A DNA stretch of 64,000 nucleotides from a virus, in the IMG/VR virus record IMGVR_UViG_3300025009_000080, positions 8,706 to 72,705 of that record; one strand, 5' to 3'. Under the pieces are notes generated by a model. The model saw only the letters and a program-made list of their open reading frames with translations, ran no database searches and was not told the origin of the DNA. The position numbers and the translations under genes were made by a program. Shown piece after piece: positions 1 to 9,438 of this stretch; position 1 is the first letter of the stretch, and each line of letters opens with the position of its first letter.

Positions 1-156
1 TGACATAGGACAGAAGCTAACAGGAATAACAACAAATATGCCAGCAGTTGACAGCAACGACCACCGGCTACTGGCAGAAGAAGTACTAATCCACAACGGA
101 TTAAACCCGGAGGATTACGACATGGAAAGTATTATTAAACCTGAAAATTGATTAAA

Positions 157-324
157 ATGAGAACATTCGGACAGGCATATGATTATGCGTTGAAAGCATA
201 CATAAACACAGGCACTATCCAATACATTATTTACAATCACGTAAGATGTAAATACAGGGTAAGTAAGCAATTAAGGTATTCAATAAACGAGGAGTTAGCT
301 AATTTTGTAAATTCAATAATATGA
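157..324 (+). CDS. small hypothetical protein (55 aa; not in ORF track)
   Basis: ATG157 to TGA324 is open, with an A-rich leader; the stop overlaps the next start (ATGA). Confidence 0.5.
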   Translation: MRTFGQAYDYALKAYINTGTIQYIIYNHVRCKYRVSKQLRYSINEELANFVNSII

Positions 325-506
325 AACAATTCTTAGTGGTTTGGCTTGAGCCAGAATACAAGCAAGAAATAAAAAAAGTAGCCGGCATGGCTAAATTTAG
401 CCTTAATGCAGGGTACACTGAAGACGACAGGGCAGAAATTAAGATACTGAATGTCGGGAAATTTCACCGGATTGATAGCCACCATCTAATACTCAGGCTG
501 AAATGA
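321..506 (+). CDS. small hypothetical early protein
   Basis: ORF track; ATGA coupling at both ends. Confidence 0.6.
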   Translation: MKQFLVVWLEPEYKQEIKKVAGMAKFSLNAGYTEDDRAEIKILNVGKFHRIDSHHLILRLK

Positions 507-670
507 AAACCTACATAGTTCAGTACTTCAACCAGAGGCATGAAGTAATAGACGAGGCAAGCCTTACAGCCGAAAGCCTAAGCCATGCTAAGAAACTGGC
601 AGCATACCACAAACGAAGGTGGTTAAATAATTCTAAGCTGATAAAAACCGTAGTTAAAATGGTACACTGA
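503..670 (+). CDS. small hypothetical protein (55 aa; not in ORF track)
   Basis: MKTYIVQYFN... is open to TGA670 and coupled to both neighbours. Confidence 0.55.
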   Translation: MKTYIVQYFNQRHEVIDEASLTAESLSHAKKLAAYHKRRWLNNSKLIKTVVKMVH

Positions 671-906
671 TGGATCATATAGCGACAATAAGGGACTACA
701 CCCGACTATATAAAATACGGTATGGGTTTGACCGGCACTTGCTGAGTGAACTATTAAACCGGAGAATTGACATTGCAACATCTATCCTGATGGATTTTGA
801 CCTTAAAAAGCATGACAAGAAACTGTATAAGCAGTTAGCCGAAATTGAACAGCAAATCATTAACTTAATATATTTAGAGCATGGAAACACCAACAAAATA
901 CCCTAA
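670..906 (+). CDS. hypothetical protein
   Basis: ORF track; TGATG coupling. Confidence 0.6.
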   Translation: MDHIATIRDYTRLYKIRYGFDRHLLSELLNRRIDIATSILMDFDLKKHDKKLYKQLAEIEQQIINLIYLEHGNTNKIP

Positions 907-1084
907 TTTTGTGTATAATAGTGCCGGGAGATGCTACTATCACTATAAAGAAATAGGATATGTAGGACAGTCTGAAACTGACAAGCGCAGGATTAAAGAA
1001 ATCCGCAAACGCTGGGCAAAACCTACCTTCCTGCTAAGATCATTCAAAGGAATTGTAATCGTTTATCATAAATATCCTGTATGA
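881..1084 (+). CDS. hypothetical protein
   Basis: ORF track; part of a tightly packed + strand array. Confidence 0.55.
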   Translation: METPTKYPNFVYNSAGRCYYHYKEIGYVGQSETDKRRIKEIRKRWAKPTFLLRSFKGIVIVYHKYPV

Positions 1085-1197
1085 GAAATCAAATGCACAG
1101 TAAGACAGCAGACATAATCGAGATCATTGCAATGATCCTGATAGTAGCCACCATAGTAATTTCAATATTTAAATAACATTAAAAACCTATAAATATC

Positions 1198-1419
1198 ATG
1201 GGACTCACTAAATCAGAAAGACACAATAGAATGTTAGACAAAACATTTGACCACTACAGACATCACCAAGCATCTTTGCCTCCATGCACCCTATACAGCA
1301 GGTTCTTAGAAATAGCAGAGGAAAAGCTGGGAATCAGTAAAGATGAAGCACGGAGACAATACGGTCTTTATACCGTTCAAGAATGGGAAACTCTATTAAA
1401 ATTAGGTTGGAATAAGTAA
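1198..1419 (+). CDS. hypothetical protein
   Basis: ORF track; A-rich leader. Confidence 0.65.
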   Translation: MGLTKSERHNRMLDKTFDHYRHHQASLPPCTLYSRFLEIAEEKLGISKDEARRQYGLYTVQEWETLLKLGWNK

Positions 1420-1431
1420 TTGCATACCGAC

Positions 1432-1653
1432 ATGAAAATAGAGATATTAGCCATAAAAGGCACGGCACAGATCCCACTAACAATCATTGAAGCTGAATCT
1501 ATTGATTTAGCACTCGACGAGGCGCAAACACAACTAACCATGAATTATTTTTGGGGAGTGTATTGTATAAAGGCAAAGGCAGATGTAAGAAAGCTATCCT
1601 TAATTGGTCGCCCGGTAGTTGATACAGTATTAACCAAGCATCAAATTAACTAA
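1432..1653 (+). CDS. hypothetical protein
   Basis: ORF track; ATG1432 preferred over TTG1420. Confidence 0.55.
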   Translation: MKIEILAIKGTAQIPLTIIEAESIDLALDEAQTQLTMNYFWGVYCIKAKADVRKLSLIGRPVVDTVLTKHQIN

Positions 1654-1654
1654 C

Positions 1655-1984
1655 ATGGGCTGCAAATCTACTTTATACGTCAATTCATGCGATGGAGCCA
1701 TAGCATTTATGGTAACGCCTGAATTTATTACAGCAATCAAGAAGGCCGTCAGAATATCTAAGTCTATTAACCGGGAAACAGACGGTTTTATTACAGGAGT
1801 AAAGATATTTCTGACAACGGTCATCCTATCATGCAAGGTAAAGCCAGGGCTGGCAAATGAAAACGTGCTGATCCGACACAAGACAGGAGACACGAAAGAA
1901 CAGTACATTGTTCACCCGGACGGTATTGTTTCTGAAATATGCGGAGACGGCTGGTTTAACTCCGATTTAATAACAGCGTTGTAG
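1655..1984 (+). CDS. hypothetical protein
   Basis: ORF track. Confidence 0.6.
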   Translation: MGCKSTLYVNSCDGAIAFMVTPEFITAIKKAVRISKSINRETDGFITGVKIFLTTVILSCKVKPGLANENVLIRHKTGDTKEQYIVHPDGIVSEICGDGWFNSDLITAL

Positions 1985-2003
1985 TTCGCTTGTTAATAAC
2001 TTT

Positions 2004-2047
2004 TTATTAACTTCACTTGACTTCACTTTATTAATGTATTACATTTG
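2004..2047 (+). promoter_or_regulatory. Bacteroidota-type promoter with upstream 9-mer box
   Basis: TTATTAACT(2004-2012)-4 nt-TTGAC(2017-2021)-18 nt-TACATTTG(2040-2047; TAnnTTTG consensus); an inverted copy TGTTAATAA lies at 1991-1999. Confidence 0.75.
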
Positions 2048-2051
2048 CGAC

Positions 2052-2387
2052 ATGGGAAAAGAATTGAAAACGGATATTTCGGAGACCCCTCCGACTGCTA
2101 ATTTAAAGCTGAATATAGTCAGTCTTAAATATGAGTACAAGAAAAGGTTTAAGGCGATTACAGTTGACCACATCTTAATTGGGAGAATCCGCAAGGGAGT
2201 ACTCCGGTATGAACGGGTATTGAAACCCTATTTGGGATATGGCGGATATAGAACTGAAAGACGAATTGCATTTGATGTAATCCCTCAGAGCAAAATTCAG
2301 GACTATGAAGATAATATGATTAACTACCTTGTTAAAGTTGACAGGGAGTGGTATTTGTGTCTTGTTGATTTGAAAACAATAAACTAA
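2052..2387 (+). CDS. hypothetical protein (probably leaderless)
   Basis: ATG2052 lies 4 nt after the -7 element; the ORF-track start at 2034 lies inside the promoter. Confidence 0.65.
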   Translation: MGKELKTDISETPPTANLKLNIVSLKYEYKKRFKAITVDHILIGRIRKGVLRYERVLKPYLGYGGYRTERRIAFDVIPQSKIQDYEDNMINYLVKVDREWYLCLVDLKTIN

Positions 2388-2399
2388 AAACTATAGATA

Positions 2400-3437
2400 A
2401 TGAAAGCAAAGATTAAAGAATTTTGTAAGAGAATCGGTATTACAGGGAGTCAATACGGCGGTATTGACACAGTAGGTGGTGGCTTGTATTTAAGCGGACT
2501 GACCTCGATACCAGAAGGGTTTAATCCAACAGTAGGTGGTGACTTAGATTTAAGAGGACTGACCTCGATACCAGAAGGGTTTAATCCAACAGTAGGTGGT
2601 GGCTTGTATTTAAGCGGACTGACCTCGATACCAGAAGGGTTTAATCCAACAGTAGGTGGTGGCTTGTATTTAAGAGGACTGACCTCGATACCAGAAGGGT
2701 TTAATCCAACAGTAGGTGGTGGCTTGTATTTAAGCGGACTGACCTCGATACCAGAAGGGTTTAATCCAACAGTAGGTGGTGGCTTAGATTTAAGCGGACT
2801 GACCTCGATACCAGAAGGGTTTAATCCAACAGTAGGTGGTGGCTTAGATTTAAGCGGACTGACCTCGATACCAGAAGGGTTTAATCCTACCGTGGGTGGC
2901 TCTTTAGATTTGAGTAGCCTCACCTCAATCCCAGAAGGTTTCAATCCTACCGTGGCTGGCGATTTATATTTGAGTAGCCTCACCTCAAAACATAAAAAAT
3001 TACCATCAGGGTTTTTATTTTCATGGCAAAACGGGAAATACGTAAAAGCTGATGGAATGTTCACAGAAGTTGTTTCGCACAAAAGCAACGTATATCGTGT
3101 GAAAAAGATAGCAAAAAAGGACACCTTCTACTTAATCACAGATGGTAAAAAGTTTGCGCATGGAGAAACATTAAAAGAAGCCAAAGACGACTTGATGTAT
3201 AAGATCAGTGACAAAAACAAGTCCGATTACAAACACTTAAAACTCTCCGACATACTTACTTTTGAAGAAGGAATTATGTGTTACAGAGTTATTACTGGTG
3301 CTTGCTCATTTGGTACTAAAGACTTTGTAAAAAACAGGCTCGAAAAGAAGAAGCCAAAATACAGCATATCCGAAATAATAACACTTACTCGCAATGAGTA
3401 TGGGGGAAGCACATTCGGTAATTTCTTTAACAAATGA
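2400..3437 (+). CDS. leucine-rich-repeat-like protein (20-aa repeats) with phage C-terminal domain
   Basis: About 9 repeats of TVGGxLxLxGLTSIPEGFNP; C-terminal ITGACSFGT motif. Confidence 0.85.
   Translation: MKAKIKEFCKRIGITGSQYGGIDTVGGGLYLSGLTSIPEGFNPTVGGDLDLRGLTSIPEGFNPTVGGGLYLSGLTSIPEGFNPTVGGGLYLRGLTSIPEGFNPTVGGGLYLSGLTSIPEGFNPTVGGGLDLSGLTSIPEGFNPTVGGGLDLSGLTSIPEGFNPTVGGSLDLSSLTSIPEGFNPTVAGDLYLSSLTSKHKKLPSGFLFSWQNGKYVKADGMFTEVVSHKSNVYRVKKIAKKDTFYLITDGKKFAHGETLKEAKDDLMYKISDKNKSDYKHLKLSDILTFEEGIMCYRVITGACSFGTKDFVKNRLEKKKPKYSISEIITLTRNEYGGSTFGNFFNK
2469..2987 (+). repeat. 60-bp tandem repeat: 7 near-identical units plus 1.65 synonymously diverged units
   Basis: Unit acagtaggtggtggcttgtatttaagcggactgacctcgataccagaagggtttaatcca is directly visible. 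Confidence 0.95.
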
Positions 3438-3904
3438 AATACCATATCCATATACTGTATAAAAAGGTAGCCGGTCAGGCTAAGTTATACCTAAATAACT
3501 ACGACAGCCTGATCCAACAGCTAACAGAACGATTCAAGGGAGAAAACGACAGCTTTGAAATGTATGGAGAACTCAAAATCCTCGATTTTAAAGCGAATTA
3601 CGCACAGTTTGGATACCTACACGCAGAAGTATTCCAAAAGATCGCACAAGGGTACAGGGACGCAGGCTGGCAGGGCTTTGATTGGGAGGACGCAAAGCGG
3701 GAAATGAAAAAACTCTTTTTCTCAAAGCAGATCACAAATGAGTTAACAGGAGAAATAATCCTATCACCCCGCAGCCTTGCAGATGCAGATAAAGACGAAA
3801 TGACAAGCTTTATTCAGTCCTGCATACAGCTTGGTTCAGAATATCTGAATGTTAAAATTGAATCACCGGAAGAATATAAAGAACGCAAAAACAAGAAACA
3901 ATGA
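3434..3904 (+). CDS. NinB-like recombination-associated protein
   Basis: Q..YLHA.V ... K..F ... S.AD....EM..FI..C.....E pattern typical of NinB/HNHc-associated proteins. Confidence 0.55.
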   Translation: MKYHIHILYKKVAGQAKLYLNNYDSLIQQLTERFKGENDSFEMYGELKILDFKANYAQFGYLHAEVFQKIAQGYRDAGWQGFDWEDAKREMKKLFFSKQITNELTGEIILSPRSLADADKDEMTSFIQSCIQLGSEYLNVKIESPEEYKERKNKKQ

Positions 3905-4473
3905 AAACAAGAAGACCAAAAGCCTCACGTCCCACATTCAAAACTCCGATCCATTTAGCATGCAGCGATGATCAATTGCGGGAAGCTCTTATGTATATCC
4001 ATTTTGCAGACGGATGGGCATACGGTACGGATGCACACATTATTGCGTGCTGCTACCTACACGAATTTGATTTAACCCACGAGGAGATTAAATTACTCAA
4101 TGGTAAGTCTATTCACAAAGATCAGTTTGCCCAATTTTATAGAAAGATGGTACGGGTAACACCGGAGGGGATTTACGTGCCTGAATACAAATGCACATAC
4201 GCACTGAGAGATTCGGCTGAATGGAATAAATCAGAAGGAGAATCAATTACACAATGGATGCTAAAAGCCGTAAATTCAAAAATCGACAAAGAACAGGTTG
4301 ATGAAATCTGTATCCATGCCGGTTTGCTGCAAAGATTATCAAAATGTATAGGCGAGAGCGGAGTAATCCTAAACTTCAAAACAAACAGGCACGCAATTAA
4401 ATGTACATCAATAACGAGTAAGAATTCTCATTATGGTTACATTATGCCGCTTTCTATAAGCAATAACTACTAA
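3901..4473 (+). CDS. DNA sliding clamp (beta)-like protein, truncated
   Basis: ACSDDQLREAL..I......GTDAH resembles the beta-clamp middle-domain motif; C-terminal IMPL. Confidence 0.55.
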   Translation: MKTRRPKASRPTFKTPIHLACSDDQLREALMYIHFADGWAYGTDAHIIACCYLHEFDLTHEEIKLLNGKSIHKDQFAQFYRKMVRVTPEGIYVPEYKCTYALRDSAEWNKSEGESITQWMLKAVNSKIDKEQVDEICIHAGLLQRLSKCIGESGVILNFKTNRHAIKCTSITSKNSHYGYIMPLSISNNY

Positions 4474-4479
4474 TACACT

Positions 4480-4710
4480 ATGAAAAAAATAATAATTACA
4501 TTAGTAACATCCTTTGGCTCAGGCAAACCCTACCAAAGCGATATAAGGGAAGTCTCTGATGAAGAACTTGCCACACTTGTCAAAATGATTGAACTTGCTA
4601 TATCTGACAAGACAGACTATTTTAAAATACCACATAATGGAGGAGACACTTACTTTCCATCCGAGGTGGTAAAAACATCTATAATAACGATTAAGCAAAT
4701 CAAACCATGA
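4480..4710 (+). CDS. hypothetical protein
   Basis: ORF track. Confidence 0.6.
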   Translation: MKKIIITLVTSFGSGKPYQSDIREVSDEELATLVKMIELAISDKTDYFKIPHNGGDTYFPSEVVKTSIITIKQIKP

Positions 4711-5282
4711 AATCATTCCTGACTAAATTCATCTTTGCGCTCCTTTGTTGCGCTCTCTTTGCCGGAGTTGTTTCCGGGCAAACCAGAGGTATTAACTACT
4801 CTGACACGGTTACGCCAAAACAAATAGAGTTTAATATTTCACCTTCTGTTTTGTATTCAATTACCAATGTAAGCAAACAATACCTGAGTGATAACAAATA
4901 CTCATTAGCCTGCTTCTTTGCAGACGGGCTACTCGACTGCACAACCGAAATGATACGGTATGATAAAAAGGCGTTTTTTCGTGTATTCCCTAACGCTAAC
5001 CCTGAATTTTGGGATATAAATTTATGTGGTGGTAATAAGTGGAAAGGCGGATTAAGGGAAAACGGTGAAGCGTTTCCGGGATCGTCAAGTTTTTTCGCCT
5101 GGACTCGTGATGGCTATCACTTAACACGAACAGGGAGTAGTATATTGATTTGCATAGGGCAAGCATCGAAAAACAGCGACGCAAACCAATCCTTTAAATA
5201 CAGGCTTGTCGACGCCATAATACATCAGAGCGTTAAGGCAATTGGCTACACAATTGCAGAAAGATTAATCTATAAACACTAA
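4707..5282 (+). CDS. exported/membrane protein
   Basis: Signal peptide MKSFLTKFIFALLCCALFAGVVSG|Q. Confidence 0.7.
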   Translation: MKSFLTKFIFALLCCALFAGVVSGQTRGINYSDTVTPKQIEFNISPSVLYSITNVSKQYLSDNKYSLACFFADGLLDCTTEMIRYDKKAFFRVFPNANPEFWDINLCGGNKWKGGLRENGEAFPGSSSFFAWTRDGYHLTRTGSSILICIGQASKNSDANQSFKYRLVDAIIHQSVKAIGYTIAERLIYKH

Positions 5283-5286
5283 TTTT

Positions 5287-6297
5287 ATGAACCAACTAAC
5301 ACCCGAACAAGTTAAGGCACTGTACTTTGATGCAGATGCAATTCAGCTACCTCCCTATCAACTGTATCAGTTGAATCACATGGGTAAGCGAATGTATTAC
5401 TCACATGAAATAACAGATAGTGGGTCAGTAATAAAGTTCTATGCCGGAGTAACCACTCTGCTTCATGCCGTAATGAAAGAAGCCGACCAGTTGGCTATTT
5501 GGAGAGAGAATATGGGCAGGGCAGCAGCAGAAGCCTATATGAATAATAAGGCACTGTATGGGAGTATGATGCACACTGTATTGACAAGATTTCTGATTGA
5601 CAAGGCATTTGACCTTGACCAGTTACCAATGCTTGTTGTGGAGTACTGCAATAAAAACGAAATCCCTATTGAAAAAGGATGGGCGTACGACATTCAGCAC
5701 GACCTTACAGCATTCAGTCGGTTTGTGAAAGAGTACGAAATTAAGCCTATCCTGATTGAAGCTCCAATGAAGTCAGATGCTTTTGGTATTGCCGGGACTT
5801 GCGACCTGCTTGCCGAAATTACCATTGAAGAGAAAGGGTATTGGGGAGAGGAGTACAAAACAGGCGACAAAAAAGGCGAACCAAAGGAAACAAAGAAGCC
5901 GATCCGGGTACTGGCACTCATTGATTACAAATCAAATCGCTCAGGGAGCTTCTATGAAAGCCATGAAATTCAGCTTGAGATGTATGAACATCTGGTAAAA
6001 GAAACGTTCCCGCAGTACAAAGACACACCCATCAGGTTGTATAACTGGTCTCCGAAAGATTGGGAAACAAACCCTGATTACAATTTCAGGGAGCAGACCG
6101 GAAAGCATTTGCCGGAAATCCTGCCTGCATACATCACTATATTCCGGGATAAACAGAAATCTGATCCGGCATTGCGTAATATCCTGTCATTCTCAGGTAT
6201 CCTTGACCTTGAAAAGGAATACTGCTGGGAAGAAGTAATCACTATAAAACAACTCAAAGATGTCATCGGGAAGAATCATTCGTCCGGAAAGCAGTAA
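5287..6297 (+). CDS. PD-(D/E)XK exonuclease (lambda-exo/YqaJ-like)
   Basis: GVTT, G..MH, E, AGTCD, IDYKS and Q..MY motifs. Confidence 0.8.
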   Translation: MNQLTPEQVKALYFDADAIQLPPYQLYQLNHMGKRMYYSHEITDSGSVIKFYAGVTTLLHAVMKEADQLAIWRENMGRAAAEAYMNNKALYGSMMHTVLTRFLIDKAFDLDQLPMLVVEYCNKNEIPIEKGWAYDIQHDLTAFSRFVKEYEIKPILIEAPMKSDAFGIAGTCDLLAEITIEEKGYWGEEYKTGDKKGEPKETKKPIRVLALIDYKSNRSGSFYESHEIQLEMYEHLVKETFPQYKDTPIRLYNWSPKDWETNPDYNFREQTGKHLPEILPAYITIFRDKQKSDPALRNILSFSGILDLEKEYCWEEVITIKQLKDVIGKNHSSGKQ

Positions 6298-7039
6298 GCC
6301 TGCTGCCGGATTGGGACGCATAGGAAAAATAAAGATAGGGCAGAAAGTACCCGGACAAACCGGGGAACGCCCTGTCAGCCTTGACTATTTTAGGGCAACA
6401 GGAGACTACGCTCAGAAGTTCAAAGAGGTGTATGGTGATAAGCCTACGAACATCAAAATAGTATTCATGTCAGACGAACCCACGCTATCCTGTTTGGAAG
6501 AATGGGACGGCAGGGACTCTCAAGGCAGACGTGCAGGGTATGGAGACGGCAGAACCACCCACCTTTGGAACGGCAAAGAGTATGTTATTGTCGATAAGGA
6601 CAAGGCGGAAGCCTATTCAAAAGAGAAGGGGATTAAATGGAATATCGTTCTTACCCTTAACTTTATCATTCCTGCAATTTCTGGTGTACTTGGACTATGG
6701 ACATTCAGCACAAAGGGAGATAAAAGCAGTATCCCTCAGATCCGGAATACCTTTGATACGATCCTTGAAAGGCTTGGAACGGTTGTTAATGTACCGTTTG
6801 ACCTTTGTGTAAGGAAGGTGAAATCACAGAATCCTGGCAGTACTTTATTGTTCCCTGTTGTAACACTGGTTCCTAATATTTCACAGGAAAGTATAGAGGT
6901 AGTAAAGAACTACCTGTCAGCAGGGAACAATATCCTACAATTGGGGATGCTTACTGATGAAAAAGTGAATACCATAAAGGCACTGCCTCCAAAGCCAGAT
7001 GAATTAACTGATTATGAAGAAGTCAAGGAGGAAAAGTGA
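6260..7039 (+). CDS. Gp3-like (recombination directionality factor-like) protein, probable exonuclease partner
   Basis: GKIKIGQK...P.SLDYF N-terminal motif; LNFIIP...GLW.FST; coupled to the exonuclease. Confidence 0.65.
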   Translation: MSSGRIIRPESSKPAAGLGRIGKIKIGQKVPGQTGERPVSLDYFRATGDYAQKFKEVYGDKPTNIKIVFMSDEPTLSCLEEWDGRDSQGRRAGYGDGRTTHLWNGKEYVIVDKDKAEAYSKEKGIKWNIVLTLNFIIPAISGVLGLWTFSTKGDKSSIPQIRNTFDTILERLGTVVNVPFDLCVRKVKSQNPGSTLLFPVVTLVPNISQESIEVVKNYLSAGNNILQLGMLTDEKVNTIKALPPKPDELTDYEEVKEEK

Positions 7040-7347
7040 AACATTTAATAGACTACGCACTCCTTCAGGAATGGGGATTTATATGGTGTACGATACAGAA
7101 TATTGATAATGAAGAAGTTTGCACCAGCTATTTTTTAAAAGAAATACAAGGCAGTAGTATTCATAATTACAATTCAATAATGCTAAGTGTAGTCCCGAAT
7201 GATTATTTTCAACATGAGTGGATACTATCAATTGCGGGAGATACAACCCAATACGGAGGATTGTTATTTCGTGGTTGTATTAGAAACGCTGCTTCTCTGG
7301 ATATTATTTTAGGATCATGCCTAATATTTAAACCACTAAAACACTAA
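7036..7347 (+). CDS. hypothetical protein
   Basis: ORF track; GTGA overlap. Confidence 0.55.
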   Translation: MKHLIDYALLQEWGFIWCTIQNIDNEEVCTSYFLKEIQGSSIHNYNSIMLSVVPNDYFQHEWILSIAGDTTQYGGLLFRGCIRNAASLDIILGSCLIFKPLKH

Positions 7348-7613
7348 TGACAAGGCGCAGAGAACATACTTACGAACCACCGACAGACCTTGTCGGTCAG
7401 TTACAGGAAATGAACTTTCTGATACAGGATTGTGCTGAATGGGCTGCTGTACTTGAAAACGAATACGTAAACGAGTACCGCAGATCATTCAAAATGAAAA
7501 TGGCTGAACTTGAAAGTAAAGCATTCGCCCTCAAGAGGCAGCTTGATAAGATAACACCGGATGAATTTAAAATAAGGAGTAATTACGACATTAAAAAATC
7601 CAACCAACCATGA
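7347..7613 (+). CDS. hypothetical protein
   Basis: ORF track; TAATG coupling. Confidence 0.6.
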   Translation: MTRRREHTYEPPTDLVGQLQEMNFLIQDCAEWAAVLENEYVNEYRRSFKMKMAELESKAFALKRQLDKITPDEFKIRSNYDIKKSNQP

Positions 7614-8068
7614 AAACAAAGAGTAGCTTTTTTACAGCTTTTGACAGACGAGTATTAGGGTTTGCTTTCGGGCTAATAATTGGTGTTCCAATGTTGATAT
7701 TCGTGCTTATCCCAAATTCAGTGAGAAAACACGAAAAAGAACACGCCATCCCTGCATTCGACACCGCACTCGATAGTAAAGTGTTCAATACTATCACGAA
7801 AGAGGATACTGTATTCCACGAAGTACTGTATTCGGGTACAGATAAAGGATTTTACCACAAAATACGCTACAAACCATTTGAGCTTTTTGTATCACATATC
7901 CCATGCGTACCTTATAAAACAACAGAAAATATCAGGATAATAATGACTACATACGAGGGAGAAGGTAAAATTATTGAAGCAGACAGACATGGAGTCAGTG
8001 ATACAACCATGAAAATACTAAAGAATATTGTTTTAAAGAAAGAACGAGAACTTAACCCTAATAACTAA
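7610..8068 (+). CDS. membrane-anchored protein
   Basis: N-terminal TM segment VLGFAFGLIIGVPMLIFVLI. Confidence 0.65.
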   Translation: MKTKSSFFTAFDRRVLGFAFGLIIGVPMLIFVLIPNSVRKHEKEHAIPAFDTALDSKVFNTITKEDTVFHEVLYSGTDKGFYHKIRYKPFELFVSHIPCVPYKTTENIRIIMTTYEGEGKIIEADRHGVSDTTMKILKNIVLKKERELNPNN

Positions 8069-8075
8069 CCAAAAA

Positions 8076-9437
8076 ATGAAATTAACAAATCTTAAATTAA
8101 AAAACTTTGTGTTTCAGGAAGTCGAAGTATCATTCGACCCCAATGTAACCTACATGATCGGAAAGAACGGATCGGGGAAATCAACAGTCGGACTTACTGC
8201 TTTATGGGCATTGTTTCAGGGCATTGCTGAAAAAAGCAAGAAAGCTCTTATCGGGGAACGTTTCCGGTTTATCGGAGATTACGGTAGCACCGCTACTATT
8301 GAACTTACTATGTACGACGAAAAACTGGATTGTGAAATCAAAGTGTTCCGAAAAATAACCAAGGACACCACGATTCTCACCTTTCAGGCTCCCGAAGGAA
8401 TGGAACTTGGTCAGAGTTGGTTGGATGAACTGTTCAACCTGTTTTTGATTAACCCAAAGGCATTTACCCGTATGTCAGCAAAAGAACAGGCACTTGCACT
8501 CGGTATTGATACCAGTGAATACGATACTGAGCTTAAATCCCTGAGAAGCGACCTGAGTACTAAAAGGAATACTTTAAAAACCATTACCGAAAGTATCGCT
8601 ATGACCTGCCCGAATGGTGTACCGGAAAACCTGCCAGTTGTTATTGACATTGAGTCTATCCGTAAAAAGAAAGCCGACGTTGAAGAGCAGAATCGTAAGG
8701 CATACGAAGCGCACCGCAAAGCAGAGGACGAAATCCGGGCAAACACCTTGCAACACAATTCTATTCAGGAAACCAATCGGGCGGCAAGAATTGCAATAGA
8801 AATCACCATTGCAAAACTAAAAACCGAATTAGCAGAAGCGGAGGATAAACTAAAAACTATCCCCGAACCCCTCACGCTTATTGATGTCCCTGAATACACC
8901 GAAATTCAGCCGGCTGACACCAGTGTTTACGACACAGAACTTGACACCGCTATCGCTAACAACGCAGAGGTGCAAAAGTACGCATCGGTATCAAACCTTT
9001 TGAGTCAAAAAGCCGAAGCTGAAAAGCAAATTGCTGATTTACTTACTAAGGGTAAAGATAAAGCCGCTAAACGCACTGAGTATATTCAGAAGCACAAACT
9101 ACCACTCCCTGAATTATCTATCAATGAGGACGGAGAATTACTATTCAGAGACCGCCCTATCTCTCCAATGCACTTCTCTTCAGGAGAAATCGTAAAGTTA
9201 ATCCCGGTCATTCAGGCTGCTTTGAATCCTGACTTAAAGTTTGTATTTTTACAGGACTTTAACGATTTGGATGACGAAAACCGTGAGGTTATTATTAACT
9301 ACCTTACAAAACAAGGCTTCCAGGTATTGATTGAAATGGTTGGCACGGAAAAAGTAACGGGAAAACACACAATTTTGCTTAAAGGTGGCAAAGTTGTTGA
9401 GGATTACTCAGAAGAAAACTCAGAATCAATCGTATAG
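8076..9437 (+). CDS. SbcC/Rad50-like ABC ATPase with coiled coil
   Basis: Walker A GKNGSGKST, central coiled coil, signature FSSGE, degenerate Walker B FVFLQD, D-loop LDD. Confidence 0.85.
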   Translation: MKLTNLKLKNFVFQEVEVSFDPNVTYMIGKNGSGKSTVGLTALWALFQGIAEKSKKALIGERFRFIGDYGSTATIELTMYDEKLDCEIKVFRKITKDTTILTFQAPEGMELGQSWLDELFNLFLINPKAFTRMSAKEQALALGIDTSEYDTELKSLRSDLSTKRNTLKTITESIAMTCPNGVPENLPVVIDIESIRKKKADVEEQNRKAYEAHRKAEDEIRANTLQHNSIQETNRAARIAIEITIAKLKTELAEAEDKLKTIPEPLTLIDVPEYTEIQPADTSVYDTELDTAIANNAEVQKYASVSNLLSQKAEAEKQIADLLTKGKDKAAKRTEYIQKHKLPLPELSINEDGELLFRDRPISPMHFSSGEIVKLIPVIQAALNPDLKFVFLQDFNDLDDENREVIINYLTKQGFQVLIEMVGTEKVTGKHTILLKGGKVVEDYSEENSESIV

Positions 9438-9438
9438 T

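Noticed and set aside
2469-2987. CRISPR array
   Set aside because: These are contiguous in-frame 60-bp coding repeats with no unique spacers, and there are no cas genes.
2450-3124. 224-aa antisense ORF and the many other opposite-strand ORFs in the track
   Set aside because: These are shadow frames of well-supported genes with no motifs; repeats propagate the lack of stop codons.
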